DNA from: an uncultured Gemmatimonadales bacterium | Lineage (GTDB): Bacteria > Gemmatimonadota > Gemmatimonadetes > Gemmatimonadales > Gemmatimonadaceae | Length of the DNA stretch: 64,000 bases | Assembly: GCA_963850905.1 (NCBI GenBank) | Contig: CAWKMU010000003.1 | Span: 1,715,156 to 1,779,155, forward strand | Direction of reading: 5' to 3' | Part shown: positions 9,414-19,144 of the stretch, piece after piece | Position numbering within the stretch: position 1 is the first letter of the stretch | Layout: each line of letters starts with the position of its first letter | Program-made: the position numbers and the translations under genes | The notes under the pieces: model-generated | What the model saw: the letters and a program-made list of their open reading frames with translations, nothing else | The model's database searches: none | Told to the model about the DNA's origin: nothing

Positions 9414-10438
9414 CGGGAATCCTGAGCCGCCCCTGCGGCCTGCAACGCCTCGATTGACACGTCAGCGGTCTCAACGACCGCCAAACCGGCGCGATCGCGC
9501 GCGGCGCCGACTGGCGCGACCGTCGCCGCCCGCGCGCTCCACGCTCGGTGCGCCAGGGCGGCAAAGGCGAAGACCGCGATCCAGAGGACAGTCCCCACTG
9601 CCTGATGCAGGGACTGCAGCACCGGCGGCAGGTGCAATTCCACCAGCAATGCGGCCACCACCAGCTGGAAGCCGACGACCGCAGCCGCGAACTGCGCGGC
9701 ACGCACGACTGGTTGGCTCTCACGCCGCCGCGTCACCAGGATCGCGGACACCCAGAGGTGCAGCAACAGAAGAATTGCCAACGCTCGATGAACGAGTTGG
9801 ATGCCCAGCGGGATGCCTTCGACCAAATAGCCTTCACGACACCACGGGAACCCGCGGCACGAGGCGGCCGCGCCCGGTACGTTCGCGGTGAGCGCTCCAA
9901 GGACCACGATGACGAATGCGAGTACCGTCGCCGCGCGCGCCCCGCGATAGGTGCGACCAGGCGACGTCCCAGCGCGAACCGCTCGCGCCCCGAGGCCTCC
10001 GGCCCGCTGAACCGCGACGACCAGCGCCGCCAGGGTGATCATCGCGATGGAATAGTGAACTGCGATGACATACGGATTCGAGAGCGACAACTTGACGACC
10101 ACCATCCCGACGAGGGCGGCGGTCACGATCAGCGCCAGAGCGAGGGTGACCGGCCGCAGCACGCCCCCCGATCCCGACACGCCGGGCGCGGCGCGGCGGC
10201 GGATGGCCGCCACGACCAGCGCGAGCGTCGCGCACAGTAGCAGAGTCGCGAGGTAGCGGTGCGAGACCTCGACCGCGACCGTGTAGCTCGTGACCGTCGG
10301 GACCACCGAGCCGTTGCAGTCCGGCCAGTGCTCGCCGCACCCCATCCCCGATCCTGAGATACGAACGATCGCGCCAAAGACGCTGTGAACGTACGCGAGC
10401 GCGAGGGCCGTCCAGGCCAACCGGCGGAGCGCGGTCAT
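9410..10438 (-). CDS. ctaA: Heme A synthase (COX15/CtaA family)
   Basis: N-terminus YVHSVFGAIVRISGSGMGCGEHWPDCNG, multiple TM helices with conserved His (VSHRYLA, LVHRALA), and a position directly upstream of ctaB. Confidence 0.8.
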   Translation of the reverse strand: MTALRRLAWTALALAYVHSVFGAIVRISGSGMGCGEHWPDCNGSVVPTVTSYTVAVEVSHRYLATLLLCATLALVVAAIRRRAAPGVSGSGGVLRPVTLALALIVTAALVGMVVVKLSLSNPYVIAVHYSIAMITLAALVVAVQRAGGLGARAVRAGTSPGRTYRGARAATVLAFVIVVLGALTANVPGAAASCRGFPWCREGYLVEGIPLGIQLVHRALAILLLLHLWVSAILVTRRRESQPVVRAAQFAAAVVGFQLVVAALLVELHLPPVLQSLHQAVGTVLWIAVFAFAALAHRAWSARAATVAPVGAARDRAGLAVVETADVSIEALQAAGAAQDSR

Positions 10439-10746
10439 GCGCCCGTGGTGGGGGAGAGGAGCGGCTGGCCCGCGGTCGGGGGAGGGGGGTGATCACTCGC
10501 ACGCACAGCGCGCCAGGTCCAGACCAGGACGAACGCGAGCGCGATCCCTGGCAGCAGTGCCCACGCCGCCTCGCTGACCCACCGAGCGCTCCGTCTTGGA
10601 CCTGGCCGGTCGGGTTCGCCGACAGCGGGCGAGCCGTGCATGGACTGACTCTCGCCACCGACCACGGCGCGGAGGATGGCTGCCTGGGCAACCGCGCAGG
10701 CGGCGGCCGCGATCCAAAAAAGTGACTCAGTTGCGAGGGGAGCCAT
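10435..10746 (-). CDS. Small two-TM membrane protein, hypothetical
   Basis: 103-aa ORF whose stop overlaps the ctaA start by 4 nt (10435-10438). Two hydrophobic segments (FWIAAAACAVAQAAIL, ALLPGIALAFVLVWTW). Confidence 0.4.
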   Translation of the reverse strand: MAPLATESLFWIAAAACAVAQAAILRAVVGGESQSMHGSPAVGEPDRPGPRRSARWVSEAAWALLPGIALAFVLVWTWRAVRASDHPPPPTAGQPLLSPTTGA

Positions 10747-10832
10747 CTAAAGAAAGATGTACCCCCGGCCGACATGGTGGTAGCCAGCGGAGGTGGTGTG
10801 CGACGGTTCCCAGCAGTACCATAGCAGTCACC

Positions 10833-12236
10833 ATGAGCGCATCGATATCTCCACCGACTACAACGCGCGAGCACGGCGCACCTCCAGCGGAGGGACGTCC
10901 GCCCGCCGCGACCCATCTGGTCCGGCGACTGGGACTGTGGAGCGCCACCGCCGTGCTCGTGGGTACAACGATCGGGTCGGGCATCTTCCGATCGCCGGCG
11001 GGGATCGCGAACCGGCTTCCGGGTCCGCTCCCGATGATGAGCGTCTGGGTGATCGGTGGTCTCTTCGCCCTGTGCGGCGCGTTGACGCTCGCCGAGGTCG
11101 CGGGGGCGTTGCCGGAGACGGGCGGCCTCTATGTGTTCATTCGCGAAGGATGGGGTCGACTACCCGCGTTTCTGTTCGGATGGGCCGAACTCAGCGTGAT
11201 TCGCGCCGCCGCGCTCGGGGCCGTGTCCACCACCTGCGCGGAATACGGATTCCGATTGTTTGGCTTGGATCCATCCGCGCCCGCGAACGTGGGGCCGGTG
11301 CATTACGTCGCGGCCGTGTGCATCGCCGTCGTGGCGCTATTCAACTGTCGCGGCCTGCGGTGGGGCGCTCTGCTCCAAAACCTGACCACTGTCGCGAAGT
11401 ACGGTGGTCTGGCGTTCATCGTGGTCGTTGCCCTCGGCATCGGTCTGCGGCAGACCGGAGGCCACTTCACCCCCGCGGCGCCGGCGGGCAGCTTCGGCTT
11501 TGCGGCCTTCGGACTCGCGCTCGTGAGCGCCTTGTGGGCATTCAATGGCTGGGCCGATCTCAGTTTCGTCGCTGGCGAAGTGGAGGATCCTCGGAGGAAC
11601 CTGCCACGCGCATTGATCGGCGGGACGCTGGCGGTCATTGTGATTTACCTGCTGGCAAACGTCGCCTATCTGGCGGTGCTGCCGATCGAGCAGATACGCG
11701 TTTCCAAGTTGGTCGCAGCCGACGTGGCGCAACGGGTCTTGGGGACGCCGGGCACCGTGTTTGTCGCTGCCACGGTTGTCTTATCGACGTTCGGCACGCT
11801 GAACGGCTCGCTGCTCACGAGTCCTCGGATCTTTTTTGCAATGGCGGCCGATGGCCTGCTGGTGCGTCGAGTGGCGCGCGTGCATCCGGAGTACGGCACG
11901 CCCTATGTCGCCATTCTGCTGTCAGCGGTGCTCGGCATCTGTTTCGTGCTCTTGCGCACGTTCGAGCAACTCGCAGACACATTTGTCACCGCGATCGTGC
12001 CCTTCTACGCACTCGGTGTGGCGTCGGTCTTTATGTTGCGGCGCAAAGCGAGTTACAACCCGTCATTCCGCGTCCCGCTGTATCCGTTCGTGCCTGCGTT
12101 GTTCGTCCTTGCGACCATCTACTTGCTCGCGAACGCGCTCATCGATCCGACGAGTCAATGGGCGACGGCGGCGGTGCTCGGCGTTGTCGTCTTGGGCATA
12201 CCGCTCTACTACGTCACTGGTCGCGCGCGGCGTTAG
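10833..12236 (+). CDS. APC-superfamily amino acid permease
   Basis: Starts at the ATG at 10833 (MSASISPP...). Signature LWSATAVLVGTTIGSGIFRSPAG. About 12 hydrophobic segments. Confidence 0.85.
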   Translation: MSASISPPTTTREHGAPPAEGRPPAATHLVRRLGLWSATAVLVGTTIGSGIFRSPAGIANRLPGPLPMMSVWVIGGLFALCGALTLAEVAGALPETGGLYVFIREGWGRLPAFLFGWAELSVIRAAALGAVSTTCAEYGFRLFGLDPSAPANVGPVHYVAAVCIAVVALFNCRGLRWGALLQNLTTVAKYGGLAFIVVVALGIGLRQTGGHFTPAAPAGSFGFAAFGLALVSALWAFNGWADLSFVAGEVEDPRRNLPRALIGGTLAVIVIYLLANVAYLAVLPIEQIRVSKLVAADVAQRVLGTPGTVFVAATVVLSTFGTLNGSLLTSPRIFFAMAADGLLVRRVARVHPEYGTPYVAILLSAVLGICFVLLRTFEQLADTFVTAIVPFYALGVASVFMLRRKASYNPSFRVPLYPFVPALFVLATIYLLANALIDPTSQWATAAVLGVVVLGIPLYYVTGRARR

Positions 12237-12323
12237 GAGCGACGTGGCCCGGGGACCTCGCGGCCCGCGTCACCTGGATCCACGACTTCGTTATCATTCG
12301 CGTCGTTCTTCACAGAGAGAGGC

Positions 12324-13355
12324 ATGCTCCAACTGATCCACGCCGTCCGCAGACTCGCGGCCCTCGGCGTGCTCGGACTCACTGCGCCAGTCGCCGGGCA
12401 GACGACCAGTGCGGTGCGTCCGGCCGGTGCTGATACCGGTCACGTCACAGCGGAAGCCGGCGACAGCGCCAGCTCCGTGCACAAACACGGACCGCACCAC
12501 GTGCATCGGGCACGGTTGCGTCCGCTGTTTACGGATGCGCAACTGGCGGCAATGTGGCCAGTCAAGGGGCCCGAGCCGTTGCCGGGGTCGATCCTGCCGC
12601 ATACCCGCATCGTCGCGTATTACGGGAACCCGCTGTCAAAGCGTATGGGCATTCTCGGTCAGATCCCGCCGGACTCGATGCTTGCCAGGCTGGCGAAGGA
12701 AGTCGAGAGTTATCAGGCGAGCGACAGCGCGACGCCGGTGATTCCGGCGCTCGACTTCATCGTGACCGTGGCGCAAGCCAGCTCGGGTGCGGACGGCAAG
12801 TATCGGCTCCGCATGCCGGACACGTTGATTCAACGCGTGGCTGCTTGGGCCGAGCGGGCGCATGCGTTGCTGTTCCTCGACGTGCAGATCGGCCGGAGCA
12901 CCGTCAGTGATGAAATCGCTCCCATCATGAAGTACCTGCAGCAGCCGACAGTACACCTGGCGCTCGATCCGGAATTCGCGCTCCCTCCTGGCAAGGTGCC
13001 CGGACGGGTGATTGGCACGATGGACGCAGCACAGGTCAATCGAGCCATCTCAGCCCTGGCCGAGCTGGTCGACACGTACCACCTACCTCCGAAGATCCTG
13101 ATCGTACACCGCTTCACGCGTCCAATGCTTCGACGCGCCGACGAGATCCACCTCGACCCGCGAGTTCAGGTGGTCATCGACATGGATGGCTTCGGCCCGG
13201 ATTGGATGAAGCGGGATTCGTATCGAGCGTACGTCGCGTCCGAGCCCGTTCAGTACACGGGATTCAAGCTGTTCTACAAGAACGACAAGCCGCTCATGAC
13301 GGCGCACGACGTGCTTGGTCTCTTTCCCTCGCCCGTCTTCGTCATGTTCCAGTAG
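12324..13355 (+). CDS. Secreted hypothetical protein
   Basis: Signal-peptide-like N-terminus (LAALGVLGLTAPVAGQ) and good coding composition. No family recognised with confidence. Confidence 0.55.
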   Translation: MLQLIHAVRRLAALGVLGLTAPVAGQTTSAVRPAGADTGHVTAEAGDSASSVHKHGPHHVHRARLRPLFTDAQLAAMWPVKGPEPLPGSILPHTRIVAYYGNPLSKRMGILGQIPPDSMLARLAKEVESYQASDSATPVIPALDFIVTVAQASSGADGKYRLRMPDTLIQRVAAWAERAHALLFLDVQIGRSTVSDEIAPIMKYLQQPTVHLALDPEFALPPGKVPGRVIGTMDAAQVNRAISALAELVDTYHLPPKILIVHRFTRPMLRRADEIHLDPRVQVVIDMDGFGPDWMKRDSYRAYVASEPVQYTGFKLFYKNDKPLMTAHDVLGLFPSPVFVMFQ

Positions 13356-13457
13356 GGCGGCTCGATCGCGCCGGATCGCCCGACCCGTTCTGGACACATG
13401 TTTCGAGTGTCATTACCGTTACACAGTCATTCACATTGCGGAGGAGACATCCCACAC

Positions 13458-13880
13458 ATGTTACGTCATCTGTCGGTGCCGTTGCTCGTCGGTGCAGTCG
13501 CGGTCGCCGCTTTCGCCTGTTCCAGCGCGACGGCGCCCGCCAACCTCACCGGCCCGTACGTCGGGACCTACACAATGGATAGCGTGACCGCATCAGCACT
13601 CGAGTCCGAGTTCAAACCGAACGGCACGCTCGACTCCGCCGACGGGGTGCACGGCACGCTCGTGCTCAAGAGCGATTCTTTCTATATCACGCTCACTGGC
13701 ACCTTCCCCGGGCGTGACAGCGGGGGGTTCAGCATCAGCAGCTCGAACCAGTGGACGCTCGACGGCACGTTGTTCAGCGGCACTGGGACCGGTGCGCTGG
13801 TCGGCAATCAACTGCAGATCACGTTGACGGGAGGAGCAGCGCTCGGGAATCTGTACGGGCTGTTTACGAAGCAGCAGTAG
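13458..13880 (+). CDS. Putative lipoprotein, hypothetical
   Basis: The ATG at 13458 gives MLRHLSVPLLVGAVAVAAFAC (lipobox-like AFAC). A GGAGGA Shine-Dalgarno lies a few nt upstream. It sits immediately upstream of the TonB-dependent receptor. Confidence 0.5.
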   Translation: MLRHLSVPLLVGAVAVAAFACSSATAPANLTGPYVGTYTMDSVTASALESEFKPNGTLDSADGVHGTLVLKSDSFYITLTGTFPGRDSGGFSISSSNQWTLDGTLFSGTGTGALVGNQLQITLTGGAALGNLYGLFTKQQ

Positions 13881-13883
13881 GGT

Positions 13884-16106
13884 ATGCGGGTCGGTCGTTG
13901 CTGTGGGTGGGCTCCCAGTCGATGGGCGAGGGAGGTGCGGCGCCTGCGCCGTGTGAGTGCGGTGCTCGGGGGAGTGGTCGCGTCGCTGGTCGCTCTCGAC
14001 CGGTCAAGACTCGACGCGCAGATCCCCTCGGGGACGGTCGAGGGCCGCGTAATCGACAGCGCGAGCGGCGCGCCGATCCCGGGCGCGAATGTGCTTGTTC
14101 CCGGGTCCTTCTGGCGGACGACCACCAACGACCGCGGTGTCTACCATCTCCGCGGTGTTGTTCCCGGCCACTACACCGTTCGCATCGCCGTCATCGGATT
14201 TGAAAGCGTCACGGTGCCCGTTGACGTTCATGCCGACAGCACGAGCCACGCCGATGTTGGGCTGCGGAAGGCGGTCGTCGAGCTCGCGGAAGTCGCGGTC
14301 ACGGCCGGGGCCGGAGCCGAGAAGCCGGGGGACACGCCCGCGAGCGAGGCCGTCATCTCGCGCAACGAGATCCTCAATCGCGACGTCCTGACGGTCGACC
14401 AGGCACTCGCCTACGTGCCTGGCGTCATCCTGAACAACACCGATATCGACATTCGGGGCTCGACGGGCATCGCCGGCGGGAACGGGAGCCGGGTGATGGT
14501 GATGCTCGATGGCCACCCGGTGCTGTCTGGCGACGGCGAATCCGTGGATTTCAGCGAGCTCCCGCTGCTCGACGTCGACCGCATCGAAGTGGTGAAGGGT
14601 GGCTATTCCGCGCTCTACGGGAGCAACGCCCTCGGCGGGGTCGTCAACGTGATGACCACGCCGCTGGATCAGTCCTCGACGGCGATTGGACTCCATTACG
14701 GAAACTACGACGTGCCAGGGCAATACCGCTTTACGGATCACTCCCTTGGCTACGAGGGCATCGAGCTCGAACGCTCACAACGTATCAGCGACAATGTCGG
14801 CGCGCGCCTGTTTCTCGATCGAGAGTCCAACGCCGGCTACGAGCAGGATAATGGATCGAATCGCTGGCTCACCTACACCAAATTGGTGTTCAATCCGGAT
14901 GGCCAGCACCCGGGCTCGTTCTACGGCATCTACAAGTGGGAAAACGACGGCAATTTCCTGGGCTGGGAGGATCCGAACCACCCGTATCAGGTGCCGCCGA
15001 GCGAGGCCAACGATCACTCGATCGCCGCGCGCGTAAGCCTGGGTGCGACGCTGACACCGCTCGCGCGAGGGACGCAGCACGTCGACGTGAATCCGTACTT
15101 TGACTACAACCTCGATCGCGACAGCTTCCCGAGCGACACGATCAATCCCAACAAGTATCACCGCTCCTCGCGGCTCGGGACGCGGCTGATCTGGTCGCTC
15201 CTCGCAGGATCGCGTCAGGCACTAACAGTCGGCACCAATGTCGCCGGGACGCTGGTCCAGAGCGATGAGCTGGCCAATCATACCCTCACCAATGCCGGCG
15301 TCTACGCGCAGGATCAGATAGCGATCGCGCCGCGCGTCTCCGGGATCGCCGGGGTGCGGTACGACTGGCATGATGTCGCCGGTGGCGAGTCCGAAGGGAG
15401 CGTAAGCCCCAAAGTCGGTGTCGTCTACAAGCCGACGTCCGACCTGAGCACTCGGATCTCCGTCGGCCACGGGTACCGGGCGCCCAGCATCATCGAGCAA
15501 TACACAACCGCCTACGAGGACGGCTTCAACGTCGTGGCCAACCCTTCCTTGCATGGCGAGTCGTCGTGGTCAGAGGAGATCGGGGCAACCGATCGCTTCA
15601 CGCGCTGGCTCTGGACGGACGTCGCGCTCTATCAGACCGACTACTGGGGACTGATCGGCCCTCAGTTGATCGGGAACAACGACGTCGACTTTCAAAACGT
15701 CACGCGAGCCCGCATTCGCGGCATCGACGCGTCGACTCGTGCGACGGCGATTCCCAACGTCATCGCGACGGAGATCAACTACACCTACCTGGACCCGCAG
15801 GACATCGTCAATCACCAGTGGCTGCCCTACCGATCCAGGCACAACCTGACCGGATCGCTGGATCTCGTGGGGGGACTCTGCGGGATCGACCTGCACTATC
15901 GCAGCCGCATCGAACAGGTGTTGATCTACGCCGGCGACCCCCGCAGTGACATCACCGTGTTCGATGTCCGCGCCGGCTATCGCGTCTTCGGCACGCTGCT
16001 CCAGCTCAAGGTCATCAACCTCTTTCAGGACCAGTACGTCAACGTCGAGGAGCGCATCCCCGGGCAACCGCGGACGGTGTTCTTCTCGGCGCTGAAGTGG
16101 TTCTAG
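13884..16106 (+). CDS. TonB-dependent receptor with N-terminal carboxypeptidase-regulatory-like domain
   Basis: CarboxypepD_reg segment GTVEGRVIDSASGAPIPGANV...GHYTVRIAVIGF. Plug motif DIRGSTGIAGGNGSRVMVMLDGHPV. Long beta-barrel ending in the aromatic residue ...FFSALKWF. Confidence 0.85.
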   Translation: MRVGRCCGWAPSRWAREVRRLRRVSAVLGGVVASLVALDRSRLDAQIPSGTVEGRVIDSASGAPIPGANVLVPGSFWRTTTNDRGVYHLRGVVPGHYTVRIAVIGFESVTVPVDVHADSTSHADVGLRKAVVELAEVAVTAGAGAEKPGDTPASEAVISRNEILNRDVLTVDQALAYVPGVILNNTDIDIRGSTGIAGGNGSRVMVMLDGHPVLSGDGESVDFSELPLLDVDRIEVVKGGYSALYGSNALGGVVNVMTTPLDQSSTAIGLHYGNYDVPGQYRFTDHSLGYEGIELERSQRISDNVGARLFLDRESNAGYEQDNGSNRWLTYTKLVFNPDGQHPGSFYGIYKWENDGNFLGWEDPNHPYQVPPSEANDHSIAARVSLGATLTPLARGTQHVDVNPYFDYNLDRDSFPSDTINPNKYHRSSRLGTRLIWSLLAGSRQALTVGTNVAGTLVQSDELANHTLTNAGVYAQDQIAIAPRVSGIAGVRYDWHDVAGGESEGSVSPKVGVVYKPTSDLSTRISVGHGYRAPSIIEQYTTAYEDGFNVVANPSLHGESSWSEEIGATDRFTRWLWTDVALYQTDYWGLIGPQLIGNNDVDFQNVTRARIRGIDASTRATAIPNVIATEINYTYLDPQDIVNHQWLPYRSRHNLTGSLDLVGGLCGIDLHYRSRIEQVLIYAGDPRSDITVFDVRAGYRVFGTLLQLKVINLFQDQYVNVEERIPGQPRTVFFSALKWF

Positions 16107-16228
16107 GGAACGACTGCGGGTTTGGGGTCTGGGGTCTGGGGTAGCACAACAACACAGAAGGCCAGTCGCGCTGCGCATTGACTGGCCCTCGCGGTTTGTT
16201 CACCCCAACCCCCCAACCCCGAACCCGC
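16107..16228. repeat. Heptad-arm palindromic element, copy R3 (G-rich heptads)
   Basis: Left arm GCGGGTTTGGGGTCTGGGGTCTGGGGTAG. Junction CACAACAAC. Central hairpin GGCCAGTC-12 nt-GACTGGCC (16160-16187). Junction GGTTTGTT. Right arm CACCCCAACCCCCCAACCCCGAACCCGC. Lies between convergent genes. Confidence 0.7.
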
Positions 16229-16238
16229 TCCTTTGTCC

Positions 16239-17117
16239 CTAAAACACATGCACATTCACATACTTGTTCGGATGCTTCCGCAGGTCCGCGGCGAGCGAGT
16301 CGAACTGGCTCAGCACGCGATGGAGGTCGAGGGCGAATGTGGAGTCGTTGAGCAGCTTGCCAATGCTGCCGCCACCGCTGTCGACCTTCACCAGGATCCC
16401 ATCGAGGTGATCGGTCGCCCGTTCGAGGTTGCTGCTCAGGGCGGACATGTTCGCGGTCGTCGCCTTGAGGTTCTTCACGGCCGAATCGACGGACGCGGAG
16501 TCGATGGCGCTCGTCGTCCGGTTCAGGGCGTGCATCGTCTGCGCCAGCTGGGTCGATTCGTCGGATGCGATCTTGGAGAGTTGGGTGACGAGCGAGTTGG
16601 CGCCTTCGAGCGTCTTGCGCAGATCGGCGATCCCTCCGCCCTGGACGAGCTCCACTTGCACGGCGCGGGCGACATCCTGCAGGTGGCCACTCGCCGAGTC
16701 CGCGCGCGCCATGAGCTCCTGGATACCGGGCGGCGCTTTTCCTGCCGGGACGGTGTCGCCGGGCGCGAAGTATGACAATGAAGGCCGCGCCCGGAGCGCG
16801 ACCTCGGCGTCGCCGAAGATGCCGTTCGGTTCCACGATCGCTGTCGTGCCCTCGGGCACCTTGAAGTGCTTCCCGACTCGCAACGTCACGATCAGCGTGC
16901 CGTCCTGCAGGAGATCGACATCGCCGACAAACCCGACGTTCGCGCCGGCCAGCAACACCGGTTGTCCCTGTCTGATCCCGGCACCCCACGGCAGACGGAC
17001 GTACAGCGGGTAGCCGGACTGGAGGCCGCCGCGCGCGAGGTAGATCGTTCCGACGAACAACGCGATGACGGCGAGGCTCAGCACGACGCCGACAAGCACA
17101 GTGTCGCGAGTTTTCAT
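16239..17117 (-). CDS. mlaD: MCE/MlaD-family protein
   Basis: Starts MKTRDTVLVGVVLSLAVIALF (single TM), then an MCE domain (YVRLPWGAGIRQGQPVLLAGANVGFVGDV). Its ATG overlaps the mlaE stop (ATGA at 17114-17117). Confidence 0.8.
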   Translation of the reverse strand: MKTRDTVLVGVVLSLAVIALFVGTIYLARGGLQSGYPLYVRLPWGAGIRQGQPVLLAGANVGFVGDVDLLQDGTLIVTLRVGKHFKVPEGTTAIVEPNGIFGDAEVALRARPSLSYFAPGDTVPAGKAPPGIQELMARADSASGHLQDVARAVQVELVQGGGIADLRKTLEGANSLVTQLSKIASDESTQLAQTMHALNRTTSAIDSASVDSAVKNLKATTANMSALSSNLERATDHLDGILVKVDSGGGSIGKLLNDSTFALDLHRVLSQFDSLAADLRKHPNKYVNVHVF

Positions 17118-17969
17118 GCCTGGAGGTAAGGGGCCAAGACGGCGGCCGTGAGCGCGTCGAGCACGAGGATCCAGATGGACGAGATCACGACGGCCTTCGC
17201 GGTCGATTGCCCGACCCCTTCGGCGCCAGCTCCCGTATAGTACCCCTCGTAGCTGCAGAGGAAGGAAATCGCTCCACCAAACATGATCGCTTTGAGCAGA
17301 CTGTAAAAGACCTGGAACGACTTGTAGCCCAGGCGCAGACCATCGCGGAACTCGAACGTGTGTACGCCTGTGGCGAACACCGACGTGAGGTAGGCGAAGC
17401 AGATCCCGATTCGCATCCGCGTAGATGGTCAGTACCGGTAACATGATCAGACCGGCGATGATCCGGGGAACGACGAGATACGCAACCGGGTCGTACGCGA
17501 GTGTCTCGAGAGCGTCGATCTGCTCGGTGACCCGCATGGTCCCGATTTCCGCTGTCATCTGCGCGCCGACGCGTCCGGCGAGGACCAGTCCGGTGAGCAG
17601 CGGCCCCAGCTCGAGGATCACCATCTGCCGCGCAATCAACCCGACGACTGAGAGCTGGATCCCAGCGAAGAGCTGGTACCGCGTCTGGAGCGCGATGACA
17701 CTGCCGATGAAGGCCGCGACGAGGGACGCCAACGGCAACGAGTCGACGCCGATCGCTCGCATCTGCTTGAGGGTTTCAGGCAGGTACGTCTTGGGCTCGG
17801 CCAGCGCCCGCAGGATCTCGCGCGCGAAGTACCCGCGGCTCCCGACGCCCTCGAAGACGCCGAGGATCGCGGTGGCCGCGCGCTCCCACGCGGTCGTCAG
17901 GATATTGGTTCGCTGTGGAGGATCGGTGGCGTCCCCGCGCGCGCCACCGGGCAGCGCTGATGAGGTCAC
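17114..17969 (-). pseudogene. mlaE: MlaE-family ABC permease, reading frame broken as sequenced
   Basis: The N-terminal 185 aa sit in the frame of ORF 16239..18197 (...QIDALETLAYDPVAYLVVPRIIAGLIMLPVLTIYAD). The C-terminal 100 aa sit in ORF 17114..17416 (IGICFAYLTSVF...GAEGVGQSTAKAVV). One extra base lies near 17410-17411. The GTG start overlaps the lptG stop (GTGA at 17966-17969). Confidence 0.75.
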
Positions 17970-19144
17970 GTGCGGACGCGAGTCAGCAGATACACGCCCG
18001 CAATCGTGAAGATCACGTTCGGAATCCAGGCCGCGAGATATGGCGGAATGAGTCCCTTGGCTCCGACGGCCTTGGTGAGCTGGATCATCATCAGGAACAG
18101 CACTGTGGTCGCCAGGCTGATCGCGATCCCGAAGGCTGCTCCGCCGCGTTGCGTGCTGGTGGCCAGCGGTGCACCGAACAGCGCAATGATGATGCACGTC
18201 ACCGGCACGGCGATCTTCTGCGCGAGCTCGACTTTGAGCTCGTCCGCGTTGCCGCCCGATCGCTCCAGGGCACCGATGAAGCGGCGCAACTCACCGAATC
18301 GCATGTCTTCCGGGTTCTTGGGTGCCGCCATCAGCTCCGGCGGGGCCTCACGCAGGTGGTTGTCGTGGGCGGAATCGAATTGTAGCGTCAAGTCGTCCAC
18401 GCTGTCCGGCACGACATGCAACACGCCCTGGACGAGCGTCCAGCCATGGCCGGCGTGCCAGTTGGCGTTCTGCGCCGACAGGATGTAGGTCGGATACGCG
18501 GGCCCAACGCCGTGGCGCTCGATCTCGACCGAATTCATCGAGCCGTGCCCCGCGTCCAGCCCTCCGACTTTGTAGACCCGCCCTTCCTCGGCGGCATACG
18601 CGAAGTTGTACCGCTGGTTCCCGCCGCGGAACTGTTGCTCCTCGAGAATCTCATCGTGCTTGGCGTTCGTCACCGGCGCCAACTCTCCGATGCCCAGACC
18701 CAAAACGGCGGCCAGACAGGCCGCGAAGAACACCGGCGCAGTCCATCGGTAGAAGCTGATGCCCGATGCTTTGGCGGCGGTGATCTCCGAGTGGCGAGTA
18801 AAGGCGCCGATGGAGAACACCGTTGCGAAGAGCACGGCGGCGGGGAGCACCAAAAACATGGAGCCCGGTACCCAGTACAGGTAACTCAGGGCGATCCGCG
18901 GCGCCGGGATGTTACGCTGGAGATACGTCTCGAGGTGGTCGGTCAGGTCGATCACGATGACCAGCACCGGAAACCCAATGGCGGTCGTGACGAAGATCTT
19001 GACCCACTCGAGGAATACGTAGGCGTCGAGCGGGCCCACGGTCATGCGCTTGCGGGCGCTCGTCGACCGTGTCCGGGCACGTTCGGCGCGCTCGGGTGCC
19101 GATGGCGGTACCGCCACGAGGGCGCGCTCCTCGATGGCCGTCAC
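17966..19144 (-). CDS. lptG: LPS export permease LptG-like (YjgP/YjgQ family)
   Basis: Sequence LDAYVFLEWVKIFVTTAIGFPVLVIVIDL...ITAAKASGISFYR and a C-terminal TM bundle. The GTG at 19142-19144 overlaps the lptF stop (GTGA). Confidence 0.75.
   Translation of the reverse strand: MTAIEERALVAVPPSAPERAERARTRSTSARKRMTVGPLDAYVFLEWVKIFVTTAIGFPVLVIVIDLTDHLETYLQRNIPAPRIALSYLYWVPGSMFLVLPAAVLFATVFSIGAFTRHSEITAAKASGISFYRWTAPVFFAACLAAVLGLGIGELAPVTNAKHDEILEEQQFRGGNQRYNFAYAAEEGRVYKVGGLDAGHGSMNSVEIERHGVGPAYPTYILSAQNANWHAGHGWTLVQGVLHVVPDSVDDLTLQFDSAHDNHLREAPPELMAAPKNPEDMRFGELRRFIGALERSGGNADELKVELAQKIAVPVTCIIIALFGAPLATSTQRGGAAFGIAISLATTVLFLMMIQLTKAVGAKGLIPPYLAAWIPNVIFTIAGVYLLTRVRT

Noticed and set aside
16116-16228. 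Whether the short tandem repeats (GGGGTCT, GACGTT and similar) could be a CRISPR array
   Set aside because: The repeat units are 7 nt with no spacers. The arrays are only 3-5 units long and are arranged as inverted arms around a hairpin. No cas genes are present.
16239-18197. A 652-aa ORF that looks like an MlaE-MlaD fusion protein
   Set aside because: It is read-through. The N-terminal MlaE part leaves its conserved sequence near 17410 (the rest of MlaE is in ORF 17114..17416), passes through nonsense-like sequence, and then reaches the MlaD gene, which has its own ATG at 17117.
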